This document shows positions 48,226 through 61,672 of a DNA stretch of 64,000 nucleotides, piece by piece. The notes under the pieces were generated by a model. That model worked only from the letters and a program-made list of their open reading frames with translations. It made no database searches and was not told the origin of the DNA. The first letter of the stretch is position 1. The number at the start of each line of letters is the position of its first letter. The translations under genes and the position numbers were made by a program. This DNA is from Lama glama (Eukaryota): the NCBI GenBank assembly GCA_028534125.1, contig CM052818.1:23128001-23192000 (forward strand). Direction: 5' to 3'.

Positions 48226-50099
48226 GGACAATTCAACATAACATTCCAGAGATCTTATGCCAACTTCCCCTCCTGTGGTTTGGACACCATACCTTTAGTA
48301 ATGTGCTCGTCCTCTGATGTTTTTCAGGGATATCAGCCTCGTGCTAGAGGCTAAATAACAAATGTTTTCTTATTAGCAGAAAGGAATTGTCTCCTTCTGT
48401 CTTAACCAAACCCAGCCTCTTTATCATCAGCCTGGCTTTCTGCTTCCTGTGACCTGAACTGCTTCCCAGGAATTTACCTGCCTTGGGTCTCTCCCTTAGG
48501 GCCCTACTTATGACTTTTAAGGTGACAATCAGCTAATCCAATAATAGAATTCTGCTAATGTGCTAATGGGAGAGGGTGAAAAAAGGCTCCCAGCTCCCTC
48601 CCTTCTGACTCAGGTAATCTGTGCATTTAACAGGGCCCTTCTGGAGACAATTAAATAAATACTTTATTGAAACAATAAAATTAATAGGGGTCTCATGGAA
48701 CTCAATGAAAGGTTTTTAAAAATTAACTTCATTGTTTTTTAAGCTTCAAATTAAGTTTTGCTAGGCAAGGGGGTAGGGCAGGGCCAATTTTTTATTAAAG
48801 CAGGCCCCTGCTACAGGGCCACCCATGGGGGTTTGAGATCCCAGGGCTTTCCCTAGGGAAGGGCCACTGCTGTCAGTCTGTGGTTGAGGCTCCAAAGGGC
48901 TCCCCCAGTTAGAGGCGAGATTTTTCTAAATCGTAGGTCTGGTTTTGGTCCTGGGACTCTGTGACTTTCTAGATTGACTAACCCCAGGTTTTATGAGATT
49001 TGGGTGCCCTAGGTCAGGTGTCCTATCAAAGGAAATGTCATGGTGATATATGTCATGTTGAATGAATGAAACAATGAAACTGAGGACACTCATTCTGCCA
49101 GGAAGTGGGTGGGACATTTGTCTGGTTCTACATTTGTCTGGATCCAGGCCCATCTACCCCACCTCACAACGCTCGCCCAGGCTGTGTAACCCGTGGTCCC
49201 CCATTTCTCCCTAGGAACTACTCTCAGCCTCAAGAAAGGCGTAGGAAGTCAGAGTTTGTCAAATCAGAACCTGGGGCCAGAGATTTTGGAAGATCCATGG
49301 GAGGTTGTGCTGGTGGGGGCTGGGGAGCAGGTGTGATGTGGGACCAGGGGACTTCCCCACGAAGGATTTGCCCAGCTTCGGACGGCGATGGGACCTGGGG
49401 TGGCGTAATTCTTGTGGAAGATGAGGTTCTCTGTCCAGACGGATGAAGCTGGCATAACACTGTCTTCGGGACTCCTCATTATTCCTATCAAGGTAGCACG
49501 CTGATTCAAACCATCTGTGGGCTTGTGAGGTCTGATTAGACTTGGCGTTTCCAGCCCTTGGCTCCCGACTTACGCCCTATGTGAGTGTGAGGGGCAGGCT
49601 GGAGGTGCGGTTGAAGTCCAGGGCGGACCTTCTCTCTGAGCCTCAGCCTTCGTGGCCCCGGTGACTCAGGGCACATGCAGCTCCAGCCCCTTCCCCTCCC
49701 TGGGGCTGCCAGCCAGCAGTGGGAGGGGTTCTGAGCTGAAAGAAGGCTTCTGCTCCCTGCTCTGCCCTTAACTAGTTGTGTACCTAGAGCAAGTTTCTCA
49801 GTTTTTTCTGAGACTCAGTTTTTTCATCTGCAAGATGGGGATAATGATAGCTGTTGTGGTTGTTTTGAGGAGCTAATGAGGCACAGGTGCGCATCACTTT
49901 GAAGTGCATGAAAAATAGATGTTTTCACTAATGGTGCTTTCTGTCCCAGGGAACAAAGCTTTCCTGCCGTGGAGTTACTGTCCTCTGAGTACTGAGTTCA
50001 GGATATCTTTGGAAGGGAGAAGAAAGCTTTTCGGGGGCTTCGTTTATTAACTCCTCTGGTTCCTCACTTCCCCTGGAGAGCTCTACCCGCTTCCCTCCT

Positions 50100-50930
50100 C
50101 CAGCATCCCCTAGTCTCCCAGACTGGAGGTCCTGGAGGTCTCTTTGACTCTTCCCACTCTTATATCTCCTTATATCTATTCTGTCAGCTCGTCTTGTTTC
50201 CTCCTTTGAAATCTATCCCCGACTCACCTTTTCTTTCCTGGTCCCTCTGCCAACGCTGTAGTCTAAGCTATCATTACCTGGGTTTCCCTAGTAGCGCCTC
50301 AGCTGGTCTCCTCACCTTCCTCTTCCTTTCCTCCATGCCGTCCTGCGCAGGGGAGCCAGATTCATCTCTTCAAGGGCCACCTCTTATCAATTCACTCCAC
50401 TGCTCAGGAAGGCCCAGTGGCTCCCTAATTATCTCATCAAGAACATTGCCCTCTCTTTGCTTTCAAAGTCTCCTACTCCTCTGCTATATCTGCTCCATGC
50501 AACTTGATTTCCTCTGCCTGCATCCTCCTTTACAACCAGACCTGTTTCCTGACTGTCCTCTGAAGACACAGTGCCCATTCCTCCTTCTGTGCCTTTGCAC
50601 AGGCCATGAACCTTGCCTTGGGAACACCCTCTCCTAGACTCTCTGTCAGTTCTCTTCAGTCTGAAGCATCTGGCCCAGGTCCCTAGCTACCACTCCCCCA
50701 AATTTTCTTAGGAGGTTGTCTTATGGGACTCTTGCCCTGCCCTACATATCCTAAATTCTTGCTGGTATTGGCAGTACTGATTTAGTATCGATTAGCTTTC
50801 ATTTCTTATCCCCATGCCCTGTCTCCCTTGTCTAGATTATAAATTCTTGGAGGGCTGGAACCCTGTTCTTTATCTTTGCTATAACATCTCATCAAAGGCT
50901 AGTTGCCCTGGAAAATCTTGGTTGATTGGG
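50100..50930. mobile_element. L2 remnant
   Basis: Pyrimidine-rich; ctgtgcctttgcaca.gc...ccttgccttggga; ctagattataaattcttggagggc. Confidence 0.7.
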
Positions 50931-52089
50931 TGGACAAAGAGATCTGGTTTAGGGCATGGAGACTGAATGTGGAGATTTTTTATTTTAAATAGAGATTTCG
51001 TGTCCCCTCCACTCCTCCCCCATTCCACTCCTGCTCTTTAGAATCCACCCCCCTACACACACACACATCTTCATCCATCAGTAATAAAGCAGGAACAATA
51101 GGGGGTTTCTTTCTAATTAAAGGGAGCAGTTAGTGTTTCCACTTCAAAGCCCTGGGAGAGAAGACTTTTGTTCATCAGGCCTGGGAGCCCTGGGAGCCCG
51201 GGGTTGGGTGGGGAAGTGGAGCTCCAGGCCCAGCCAAGCATTAAGCTCGTGAACCTGAGATCCCCCCGTTTGCAGGCAGAGAAGCTCAAATTTAAAACAA
51301 CAACGTAATTTGGTAACTTCGGCTCTGATGAAACAGTTGGGGGAATTTCTTTTCTCCTCGCGTCTGAAGCCAATGTTATTACAGGTGTGTGCTTGTCTCT
51401 CTCACTCCCTACCCAGCCCCTGTCGCCCCACCGCACACACCGCACACACACATGTGCTGCACACAGTGTGCACTCACACGTGTGTGGGGCTCACAGCAGG
51501 ACACAGTGCTCACTTAGTGGGTGCATCCTTTTGCCCTCATTCCCAGGGCGCTCTGGCCTGGACCATCCCACAACATCCAGTTACTCGCACACTCATCTTT
51601 CCACTTCTGTATGCTCAGGAACAACGCTCTCTGGCTTGAGAACAGTCCATTCTCTATTCAAACTGCAAGTCAGCTGGGCAGAGAAGTATTCTCTTCCTCC
51701 CACGTCCAGACTGATCCTCTGCACTAGGCCCAGACTGATTCTCTCTCTGATTATAAGCTGGCTCCTACCTCTGACCACAGACTGAGATCCCAAAGTAGCC
51801 ACAGAGTATGCCCTAACAGTAGACCCAGCAAAGAGCATCGAATGGGCCTTTAGTCTAGCAAATCACTTCACAAATTTGATCCATCGATAAGAGAGGTGGG
51901 GAGACAGCGTTGGCCCAGTTCCACTCCAGAAACTCTGTAAAGCCCCCATTATCCGTCCATCCCTCCATCCATGCATCCTACATTGAGCCGCTATTCTTTG
52001 CCAGATAGTGATAAACAAGCCTAAATACAGACCCTGTGCTCAAACATCTCAGCGTTAGATAAATAGCATGGCTTTGGGCGTTTTACGAT

Positions 52090-52295
52090 GCTGTGTTCAA
52101 GCTCCCCCTCCTTGATTTATTAGCTGGGTCACTTTGGACAAGTTACTTAACCTTTCTAAGTCTCAACTTCCTCATGGGTAAATTGGGGATAATAATAATA
52201 ATAATCGCTAGGGATGTTAAGAGGATTAAATGACATGGTCTGTCAAGTGCTAACACAGTGTGTGGCACATAGAACACGCTCAGTAAGTAATGACG
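52090..52295. mobile_element. MIR SINE
   Basis: tagctgggtcactttggacaagttacttaacctttctaagtctca..ttcctcat..gtaaattggggataataa. Confidence 0.9.
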
Positions 52296-55200
52296 ATCGT
52301 TTGGTTGTTACTCGCTCCAGTGGAGGTAGAGACGTACACACCTGAAGCTACAGAACAGCGTGAGATCCATCCTGGTTACATGCACTGGATGAAGAAGGGG
52401 CCCAGAGGAGGCCCTGGGTCTGCCGGAGATGCCAGGGAAAGCTTTGTGGGGATAGGGTTGGGAGTGGGGGCTGGAGGCAGCCCTGGGATAGAGGCTTGGG
52501 GGAGTGGAGTTTGCTTGGCTGGCTGGGCCTATGGGGTTTAAGCAGAGGAAATAACATGCATGCTCTCCGAGGGTCCAGAATGGCAGGCCCCTGCCGATTA
52601 CAGATGGTGTATTTTAAAGCCCACAGAGTGGTACTCTTCTCATGACATGCCACTAAGTGATGAAGGCGAGAACGCTCTAAGCATCCAAGAGCGTCTCTAG
52701 GGCTCTTGGTGGTGGACGGTGATGGTGACACAGTACTGTGATCGCCTTAGAGCAATAGCCCGGTTAAGAAATGGATGGCTGAGGGCTTCTGGCTGCACAC
52801 CTCCCCACTGCTCTGACCTGGTCTTCTGTCTCCTTTTCTTTCCTGCGCCCACCCCACTTCCTACTTCCTTCACCCTGTTTTGTCTCAGTGGAGCACAGAG
52901 GGACACCCTGGTCCTCACCACTTGCCATCCTCATCCCCTAAAGGCCCCTTGGTCCCAGCCCCGGTTTGGCTTGACCAGGGGTGGGGGGGAGCAGTTTCCG
53001 CACACGTGATGCCGCCAGTATGGGGATGGCTGCCCTGCTGCGGACTTGCTTGCTCCCCTGATTATTTCTCCTTAATTGAGCGTAAAGAATGTGAGGAATG
53101 CAGAGTAGACCGCATGAGGAGGGCTGCTGCGGGCCCCCTCGGGCCCAGGATTCTGAGCTCTGGATGGGAGAACCGCAGATGGCTACTGAGCCCCACGTTG
53201 TGTGTGTCATTCTTGGTGCCCCCACCCCCTTCCCACAGTGGTGGGCCCACTTCTCCAAACTTCGATCCATCCCTTCACTGTTCAGGGGCTTTCTTCTCCC
53301 TCCTTTCTGCACAAAGGGTTTCACTTCTTTACAAAACAGGCCACGATCTCTCCTCTTCCCGGGAGTGAGTCTGCCTTGATTTATACCCATCTGACACTGA
53401 GAATCCTTATGGGTCTATAATTTCAGGTGGAGCTCTGAAAGCTTAACTGAGTCTCCTCTGGTGAAGGAGGGGGAAGCAATGATTCTGGCTACCCCTCGGT
53501 CTGGCTGAGCTGCCGGGAATCCTGTGCCTGGGCTGTGGGAAGATGTGAGCCCAGGTGTGAAACCGGATGCTTACCTGTCAGGAAGGCAGTCAGGTGAGTC
53601 ACAGCTGGAGCGTGCCTGTGAGGGAAGTGCTGCCTGCATCTCCTCCGTCCCTTACCTCCCCGTGCTCAGGGTCCAGCCTCCCCTCTCTCAGGTGGAGTGT
53701 GAGGTGGAGGAGAAAGCACAGGTTGACGACTCAGACCTGGGCTCGAGTCCTGGCCCTGCCCTGTTGTCGAGTAGCTCTGTGACCTCAGGGGAATTTTTCT
53801 ATTCCCTTGTGCTCAAGAGGATGATGGTATTTCTACACTTATAGAGCTGTAAAGATGAAATTAGATGTGTTCCAGCAGGTGAAGCTCATGGTAGGCACTC
53901 AGCAAATATTAGTTTGGCCCTTTGGAGGAGACTGAAAGAAGGGGGTGAATTTTTCCAAAAGAGCTTTTGCTTCCTGTGGTAAATGCAGTAGGTCATCCCT
54001 AGAGATCATCGAAGGGTCAAGGTGACACTAAACTCCAGTCCTATAATTTGCACTCAGCGGTCAGTGGATCCCGGAGCTGCACTCTGCAGAAGCACAGTGG
54101 GTGGGGTGGGGGTGGGGGAGCGTAGCAATCCCGGTGCTGCGACTCTGGCTCCTTAAGAGAGGACAGTGACTGCTGTATTCCTCCACCTGCCCTCCCCTGA
54201 GGCCTGACCAAAGGCACTGGCTGATCCTGCAATGGGAGGGGTTTTGGATATATTTAAAGAAAAACTTCCTGGCCTGGGAGAGATGTTCCCTGTTGAGATA
54301 GCTAATCCTCCCGGAATAGCTTGAGCGTGGGCTGGTCTCCTTATTGGCATAAACAGGACCGGATGGGGGCTGGCTGAGGTACAAGCCAAGCTCACCCAAG
54401 GGCGGGGGCCGGGCCAGGTGGTCCTCCGTGGCCTCCTGGTTCTTCCCACCCAGACTCTGCTGGCTGCCTCCAGCCTCCTGCCTCCTCCGTTCATTGGTGG
54501 GTGGCTCCCTGGTAGTGCTCTGTCAGAGTAGCCAGGTTGAGAAGGCACTGATTATATTCTGCAACCTCTGGAAAATTCCTGCTGTTAGTGATTTGCAAAC
54601 TTCTCTTGAGATGAAAATTCAAAACAAAGTGGGAAGTAAATGGGCCTCAGGAGTGACGGCGTAGGGAGATTTATCATTGGGGTGTTTATGTGCAGGGGGC
54701 CCTGACCTGGGCCGTGGGCTCCTTCATCTTTATGGCACCTGGAATTCTGGGTATTAGCAGGGCTTAGGACAGAGGCTGACCTGCCGGGCTGACACTGACA
54801 TTTTCCTCCATTTCCCGGAGGCAGAGGCAGCAGCAGCGTTACTGCCCTCCCCTCCCTGGCAGGAGGTACCCAAGGAGAGCCCCAGGGCCCCCCACAGAGA
54901 AGGGTCCCAATGGAGCTGATTCTGTGGCTGGAGGCTGAGCTGAGGAAGGGCAGCAGGAGTTAGAGGAGAGGGTAGAATGAGGGTGCTGAGACTTGGAGTG
55001 GATGAGGGTGGCATATTCATACGCAGAAATCTATTTTCTCCTGGACCAGGCTGAGCCTTTTCATGAAGTCAGCCACTAGACCTCTCTCCTCAGAGCTGCA
55101 GCCTTCCTGGAGCCCAGAAAGCAACTGTGTGCATTGTCCCCTCCTCTGGTCCCCGTCCCCATCCCCATCTGGGTCTACATTCCTGTTCACAGCCACAGCA

Positions 55201-58200
55201 GTCCTGGCGGCCGCCATGGCTGAGCCACATCTGGGGCTCTGATGGCCACATCTGTATCCGCCCCTCTCGGCGCGGGTTGTTTCTCTTCTGACTTTAATCT
55301 GCATCTGTGGAATCTGGAGGGGATCTGTTGGTGATGGGTTCCCAGCCCCAGGAGCTGTCAGCTTCCAGGGGAGGGCGGGGAGGGGACTCCAGGTCACCAG
55401 GCCGAGAGGAGCTGTTCTGATGGCCCTCACCTCTCTGGGGTCATGGATTCCAGGCTTTTCGGTTCCGGGCAGGGCCAGCTGGGGAGCTATCTATCCTGTC
55501 AGAGCCTCGCACCTCCGTCCCCAGGCCTCCCCCCACCACCCAGCTTTACTCTGCCTATGCCACTTGCCCCTCTTCCTCCAGGAGATGATCATATTTAGTA
55601 TTGTTACTGAGCTCAGTATGGTTCCCAAATGACAAATGGGATGGTGGCAGGAAAGGAAGAACATACACATTGCACTTGAGAGGGAGATAAGTATGTCTGT
55701 GGGGAGAATAAGATGGTAGTGGGCACAGGTGGCTTTAGGGGATCCCCTGGGCTATCTTAGGGACCCCTGGGCTGGTTTGGAAAGGACCTAGGCAATGTCA
55801 AACGCAACACTAGGGGCAAGGGTTGTGTGGTCAAGACGTTCTGTGCTTAGAGGCCAGGAGTATCCAGGAGAGGATACTTCAGGCTTTTAAGCCAGAGTAC
55901 CTTGGGCCATAGGCTGCATCTTTCAGCTGGATTCTGCTCAGGTTTTTTGTGGCCAGGGTCCCCTAGCTGGGTTGCCTTTTCAGGACTGATGGGGAGTGGT
56001 GGGAGTGGGACACATGGAGCATTTCTGGCTGTGGTCCTTCCTGGTTAGACAGACACCCTGGCTGTAAAAACCTGGACACGAAACCTGACCCAGGAAGGGA
56101 TAGAGGACTTCAGAAAGCCATACCTTCCCTCTGGTCTGGCCCACACCTGCTGATGTCCTGGGAACTTTGCAGGCCAGTGCCCACCTGAGTGAGGTCCTCT
56201 AGGATGAGGAAGGTAGACCCCTCATGGGCTTCTCTCACTGGACTAGAGAAGACGTAAGGTTTGGGGCAGAGAAAAGAAACTGGAGAGGTCCTGAATGGGA
56301 CAGTGAGAGTATGAACAAGCCCCTCTGTAAGTGTGTGTGTCAGGGAGAATCCTCTGTGCTTAGGTTGTCCTCCCTGTCCTGACCGAGGACTCCCCTCATT
56401 GTGTTCTGGAAGGACCTTGTGATTTAGAATGGCATTTGGCCTAGCACACTCCCCAGGATGAATCAGAATATTAGCTGAGCCCAGGTTAGATTTGGCAGAT
56501 TGGGAAGAGCACCTCCAAAGTGGTGGGGTGGCGGGTGTGATGCTGGTGTCCTTAGTGGTTCTGCTGAGCTGGGAGACCCCACAGTATAGGGGCTGTTTTC
56601 CTGAATCAGATCCTTCCTATCTATGCTGTGGTCCTTGTGTCACTCTGCATTGGGCTTCCAGGCTCTGTGACCTCAGAGCCAACTCTCATTCGATAGCTGA
56701 GCAGAGACACCATTTGGAGCTCATCTGATGGAGGTTGGTTTGGCTTCCAGAGCAGCCATAAGGTTCCTCATGCAGACAGCAGACATCCCAGTGGAGCCCT
56801 CACACTCACCCTGTGAGATGTTGCTGATGGGAGCAGTCACATCCAGGGCTGGTGGCACTTTACCTGAGTAACTAGCCTAATCTTTCTGAGGCTCAGTTTT
56901 CTTATCTGAAAAAAAAAAAAAAAGGTAGTGACAGTAATGCTAAGGCACAGGGTTGGTATTATAAATAGAAAGAACCTGTTACAGCGCCCAACACCTGGTA
57001 AAAGCTCTGTGCCCGTTAGCTCTTACTGTTTGCGAATTCCCACTCCACAGCAGACACCTCTGGGCTGGTCGAGCTTCTGATTTACACAGATCAGGGTAAG
57101 AGTCTGGAGTTGGGACCACAGTTAAGTCTTTGGATGAGGATGAAGATATGGGGTTAAGTTCAGCAATTTTGCATAGTGTTTGGATTGAGACTGTTTTGGG
57201 GTCCCGGTGAGGGCTGGGTGTTCACGCTGAATCTGGGGTTAGGATGCCAGTTGGGATGCAAGTCACTGGGAGAATGACAGTTAGGGTGTATGTGAGTTGC
57301 CCTGAGGAGGCCTTTCAGTTTGGAGTAGAATGACTCCCTCTGTCTACATCCCAACACATACTCAGGAGACACACTGGGGCTCTGCAGTTCTGGCTTCCTG
57401 AGGGGGTACCCTGGCCTGCCTAAGCGCAGAGCTTTTCCCAGGAGGACCACCACCACCGCTCCCCCCACCTCCCTGCCCCAGCTCTTTTTGGTGAAGAGAG
57501 CAGTGCACAAGGTCAAGGCCTTTTCGGGGGAGCCCCAGGAGATCAAGGCTGGAGAGAACACAGGGCCAGAGTGTCCAGGTTGTGCTTTGGGGCTGGTCCC
57601 CTCCCTCCAACACACTAACACTCTGTCCTCTCGCCTCCAGCCCTCCAACTCCTCCCCACACCCCACATTCTCACCTGACTGGCCTCTGGTCCCAGGAGTC
57701 TGTGGCCCCAGCTCCCTTGCACATCTCACAGGGAGCAGGCAGGAAGAAACGCTGGCTTGGCCTGGGTGCCCTCCATCCTCCCCCCTCCCCTGCTCCAGCC
57801 TCCACCTCCTGGGGGAGGGGAGGACACAAAGACGGATCTTTCCCCTGGCCCCATCCTCCTCCCTTTGGCCTTCCTCCCTCTCCCCCCCGGGGCTGGCAGA
57901 GGCCAAAGAAAACAGAGCTTCTCCAGCGCACTCTCACTCTCTCTCCCTCACTTCCTGCTCCGGGAAGATGGTTTACTCCCTCCCCCGCCCTGGCTCAGGA
58001 CCTGGCCTTGGTGTCAAGTTTCTCCAGAGCTTCCAGAATCAGAGGCCCTGCCTGGGCTCAAGCTGGACCCCTCACCTCTCTCCATTTCACCTCTTTTGGT
58101 TTTTGCTCCCTCAACCCAGGGCCCTGTGCCCCAGTCTCCCCATCGTTAAATTTTGTTCTTCGGGTGGTAGAAAAATCCAGTGGAAGGAAGGTCTTCTTGG

Positions 58201-58834
58201 GGGTGGGGGCATGGAGGATGAGAGTCAGGTGGCTGAGGACAGAGCTGCTGGGGTGAAGGAACTCTCTGGAACAGGTGAGAAAGTCCTGTGGACACAAGGA
58301 CCAAACAGACTTCCATTGAGGCTTGTTGACCTAGTGGAAAAAAGCTCTTGCTGCCCAGTATGAATGATGCCCCAGGAGCTGTGTAATGAGGTAGCCCTGG
58401 CCAGTGGGCAGCCCTGACGACCTTCTTCCAGGGCAGCCCCAGAGGGCCAAGAGCCCCCCAGTCCATTTGTGGCCAACTGAGGAGACACATCTCCCCCAGC
58501 ACGTCCTGAATTTTGGATCCCTGCTCAATCCAGTTTCATGTTCAGCTACCCTCCCCAAATTCCCTCAGAGGATTCTCAGCCTCATCTCTGCTCTGGGTAG
58601 AGCTTTGCTGAAAAGCCTTTCAGCTCCCGAGAGGACCGTGGGGGTTCTGAAGCCCTGGCCTTCTACCTGCCCTGCAGACCTGCCCTCCCTCTCCAGAAGC
58701 AGGACTCTCTTCTGGCCCAGGCCACCCTTCCTCCTCTCTTTTTCACCTGCTCTCCCCAGCTTCCAGACTGGGAATTTGGGTCCCCTTGAAGTCATTGCTC
58801 AGTTGACTCAGAAATTAAACAGTTGGGCTCCGGT

Positions 58835-59045
58835 GTCATACTCCCTGGATGTGAATACTCGCTCCATCACTCACCTTGGGCAAGACACTGGACACCTTAC
58901 TTGTGAAATAGGGGTAATAATTGTCTCCACCTCATAGAGCGGTCGTGAGAAGTAAACGAGGTCATGCTGTGTTGCATGTAAAGGACTTAGTGTAGTGCCT
59001 GGCACAGAGCGTACATCTGGCAGGTGACAGCCATTATTATTATTA
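58835..59045. mobile_element. MIR SINE
   Basis: ccttgggcaag...tgtgaaataggggtaataa...acctcatagag...catgtaaaggacttag..tagtgcctggcaca. Confidence 0.85.
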
Positions 59046-59689
59046 CCATATCTTATGATCACTCACCTGCGCCTGAAGGCAAGTCCATAGAGACCACCAA
59101 AGGATGGTAGAAGAATGAGATGTTCCTTTCCATAGGACTGGTCGGCGGGAGTCCTGGTTTGCTGATCTACCGCTATGAAATACCTAGCTTGGCAATTAAC
59201 AAGAGGTTAGGTCTTCCTTCTTTCCTCCCATCTCCCTTTCTCCCTCTTTTTTTTTTTTTTCCTGCACTTAACACTTACCAAGAATCTCTTCTGGCCCCCT
59301 ACTTTGCTATGCACTATGGATATCACAATAGATAAAGACATACAGCCTGAAGTCTGGTCTTGGAAAGTGGGGGAGACAATTATATAAACTAGAAAAAAAA
59401 ATCTTAGTTGCTATGGTAGAAGGATGTCCAGATACAGTGCAGTATGAAAGGTCTGAGATAGTAAAACTTCAAAGCTGAGGGGTCCTGAGCAGGTTTTCAG
59501 GCAGAGGGGACCCTTGAGCCATGACACAGAGGTGAGAAGTACCTGCATTTTACTGGCAATATCTTCTCCAGTTTGGAGTTGAGGACTAGAGGCAGGAACC
59601 CAGAATCTGCAGAGAATGGCTTTCTTCTGGAGAGGATGCTAGAAGTGCAGAGTGTGCTTGCTCCTTCTGGACTTCATCTAGGAAAGCCC

Positions 59690-60010
59690 TTCCTGCGGTT
59701 ATCTGAATGGCTCCCTCTCCTCTCCTTCAAGTCTTTACTCAACGGCCACCTTCCCAGGGAGGCTCTCCCTGACCATCCTATTCTGAACGGCAGCCTGCCC
59801 CTCCCTCCATACGTCCATCCCCTCATCCTTCAACTTGCTTTCTTTTTTCCACAGCACTTATTGCCATGTAACATTCCATCTATTTTATTTACTTTTTGTT
59901 TTGTTCGTCTCCTACTACAAGAATGTAAGTTCCATGAAAGGGGATTTTTGTCCATTTTATTGATGACCGTGTCCCGAGTGCCTGAACAGCCTGGGGACTC
60001 AAGAAGTATC
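59690..60010. mobile_element. L2 3' end
   Basis: ccttcaagtctttactcaa...ccctgaccatccta...agaatgtaagttccatgaaag.ggatttttgtc. Confidence 0.85.
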
Positions 60011-61419
60011 TTTATTTTCAGTTGGGTCCGCATCCCTTTATTCATGCAGGAAACATATTTGACTATCTCTCAGTGGGCCACATATGGCGCTGGTGAGCTG
60101 AAGCCAATGATCCCCAAATACTAATTCACAGACTGGCTGCATCAGAATCAGAATCTTTAGCAAGGAAGCTTGGTGATTTGATGATTAGAAATTCACAGCT
60201 AGACAATCTGGAAAACAGAACATGCCTCCGTCTTCAGTAAGAGACTAGAGGATCTGGAAAGAAGGCAGAGAGACCAGTCAGGAAGCTATTGTTACAGTCT
60301 AGCTCAGAAACAAAAGTGGCTTTGACTAGGGTTGAAAGCATTGGAGATGGAGAGAAGTGGATGGATTCAGGGGATGTTCAGGAGCTGAAGTCCTGAGATG
60401 ACTTGCGTGTGGCAGGTGGAGGGAGAGGAAATATCAAGAATGAGCTCTAGGTTCCAGGCTTGTGCAGATACATAGATAGAGGTACCATCATTCAGATGAG
60501 GGACCCTGGAAGAAGACCCAGTTTAGGGGGTAAGATTATGAATTTAATCTTAGATATACTGAATGCAATGTGCTTTTGGCAATCAAGGGAAAGTGTCAAG
60601 TCAACTGTTATATGCCCAGGCCAGGCGATTTCCAAAGCCAGTCATCTGAAAACGTGATGTTCAAGATGGAAGTAGTCCACAATCACCTAAGCAAGAAAAC
60701 TGAGATCAAAGGAGTTAATGTGGGCTGCCTCAGCATGTTTGCCTATCAAATTAAAAAACATGCAAACATATATATATATATATATATAGTTTCCATTGTG
60801 AGAGACAAATAAAGTAATGGAACCCAAAATAAGAATACATGTGCCCTAAACTTAATTACAGTAAAAAAAAAAAAAAGGCAGGAACTCTACAACTGTGAAA
60901 TGCATGTGTAGCTCTCAGTGAAAGATTTAAATTTTGCTGACACCGATGTGAAATGATGGGTTGTGATTCATAGGGAAGGTAATGTGATTTCTGCACATGG
61001 GCTCTGAACTTTTGTGCCCCAGCTGGAGCTCAGAGAGTGGTTCTAATTGAATCAGCACTCGGCCGGGTGGGTGTTGGGTGGAGATGTAACATCTGGTAGG
61101 ACTGTGGTAAGGAGAATCTTAATGAACGCTAAACAGAAGGGAAAAAATGGACCAGCAGACAAGAGGTGGTTCACACAGAAAAAGGGGTTTAGAGAAGCAA
61201 GATGTGTCAGGCCTCTCCAGCCTGGTCCAGGGGAGGGAAATATAAAATGTGAAGATCATGGGCAGCCTGGTGACCAGACGATGTCCATTGTTGTGGGGGG
61301 TGAGGGACATTTCACTCATGTCTCCTGAGCTAAGGGTAAATATTGCCCTCTTTACTCTTATCTGTCCTTTGCTTTGATTCTGGGCTCACCAAGCAGCCTT
61401 CTGGTGAATAATTTGACTT

Positions 61420-61672
61420 AATAATAATAGAGAACACTTTCTAAGCACTTAGAAAACAATCATAGGGAATATTCTTCTAAGCCCTTTAATGCATTATCTC
61501 ATTTAATCTTCACCATAACTAAGGCGATTGTTCACTATTATTATCTGGATATGACAGATAACAGAATGGAGGCACAGAGGTTAATTGATTTCCCCAACAC
61601 CACAAAAGTAGTAAGTGAGAGCTGGGATTCGAACCCAGGCAGTTGGACTCGCAGGTCCCCAACTCATAACCA
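61420..61672. mobile_element. MIR SINE
   Basis: gcattatctcatttaatcttcac...gaggcacagaggttaa...gagctgggattcgaacccaggcagt. Confidence 0.85.

Noticed and set aside
57160..58937. ORFs of 177-291 aa
   Set aside because: No recognisable domain, overlapping on both strands, low-complexity C/T-rich sequence
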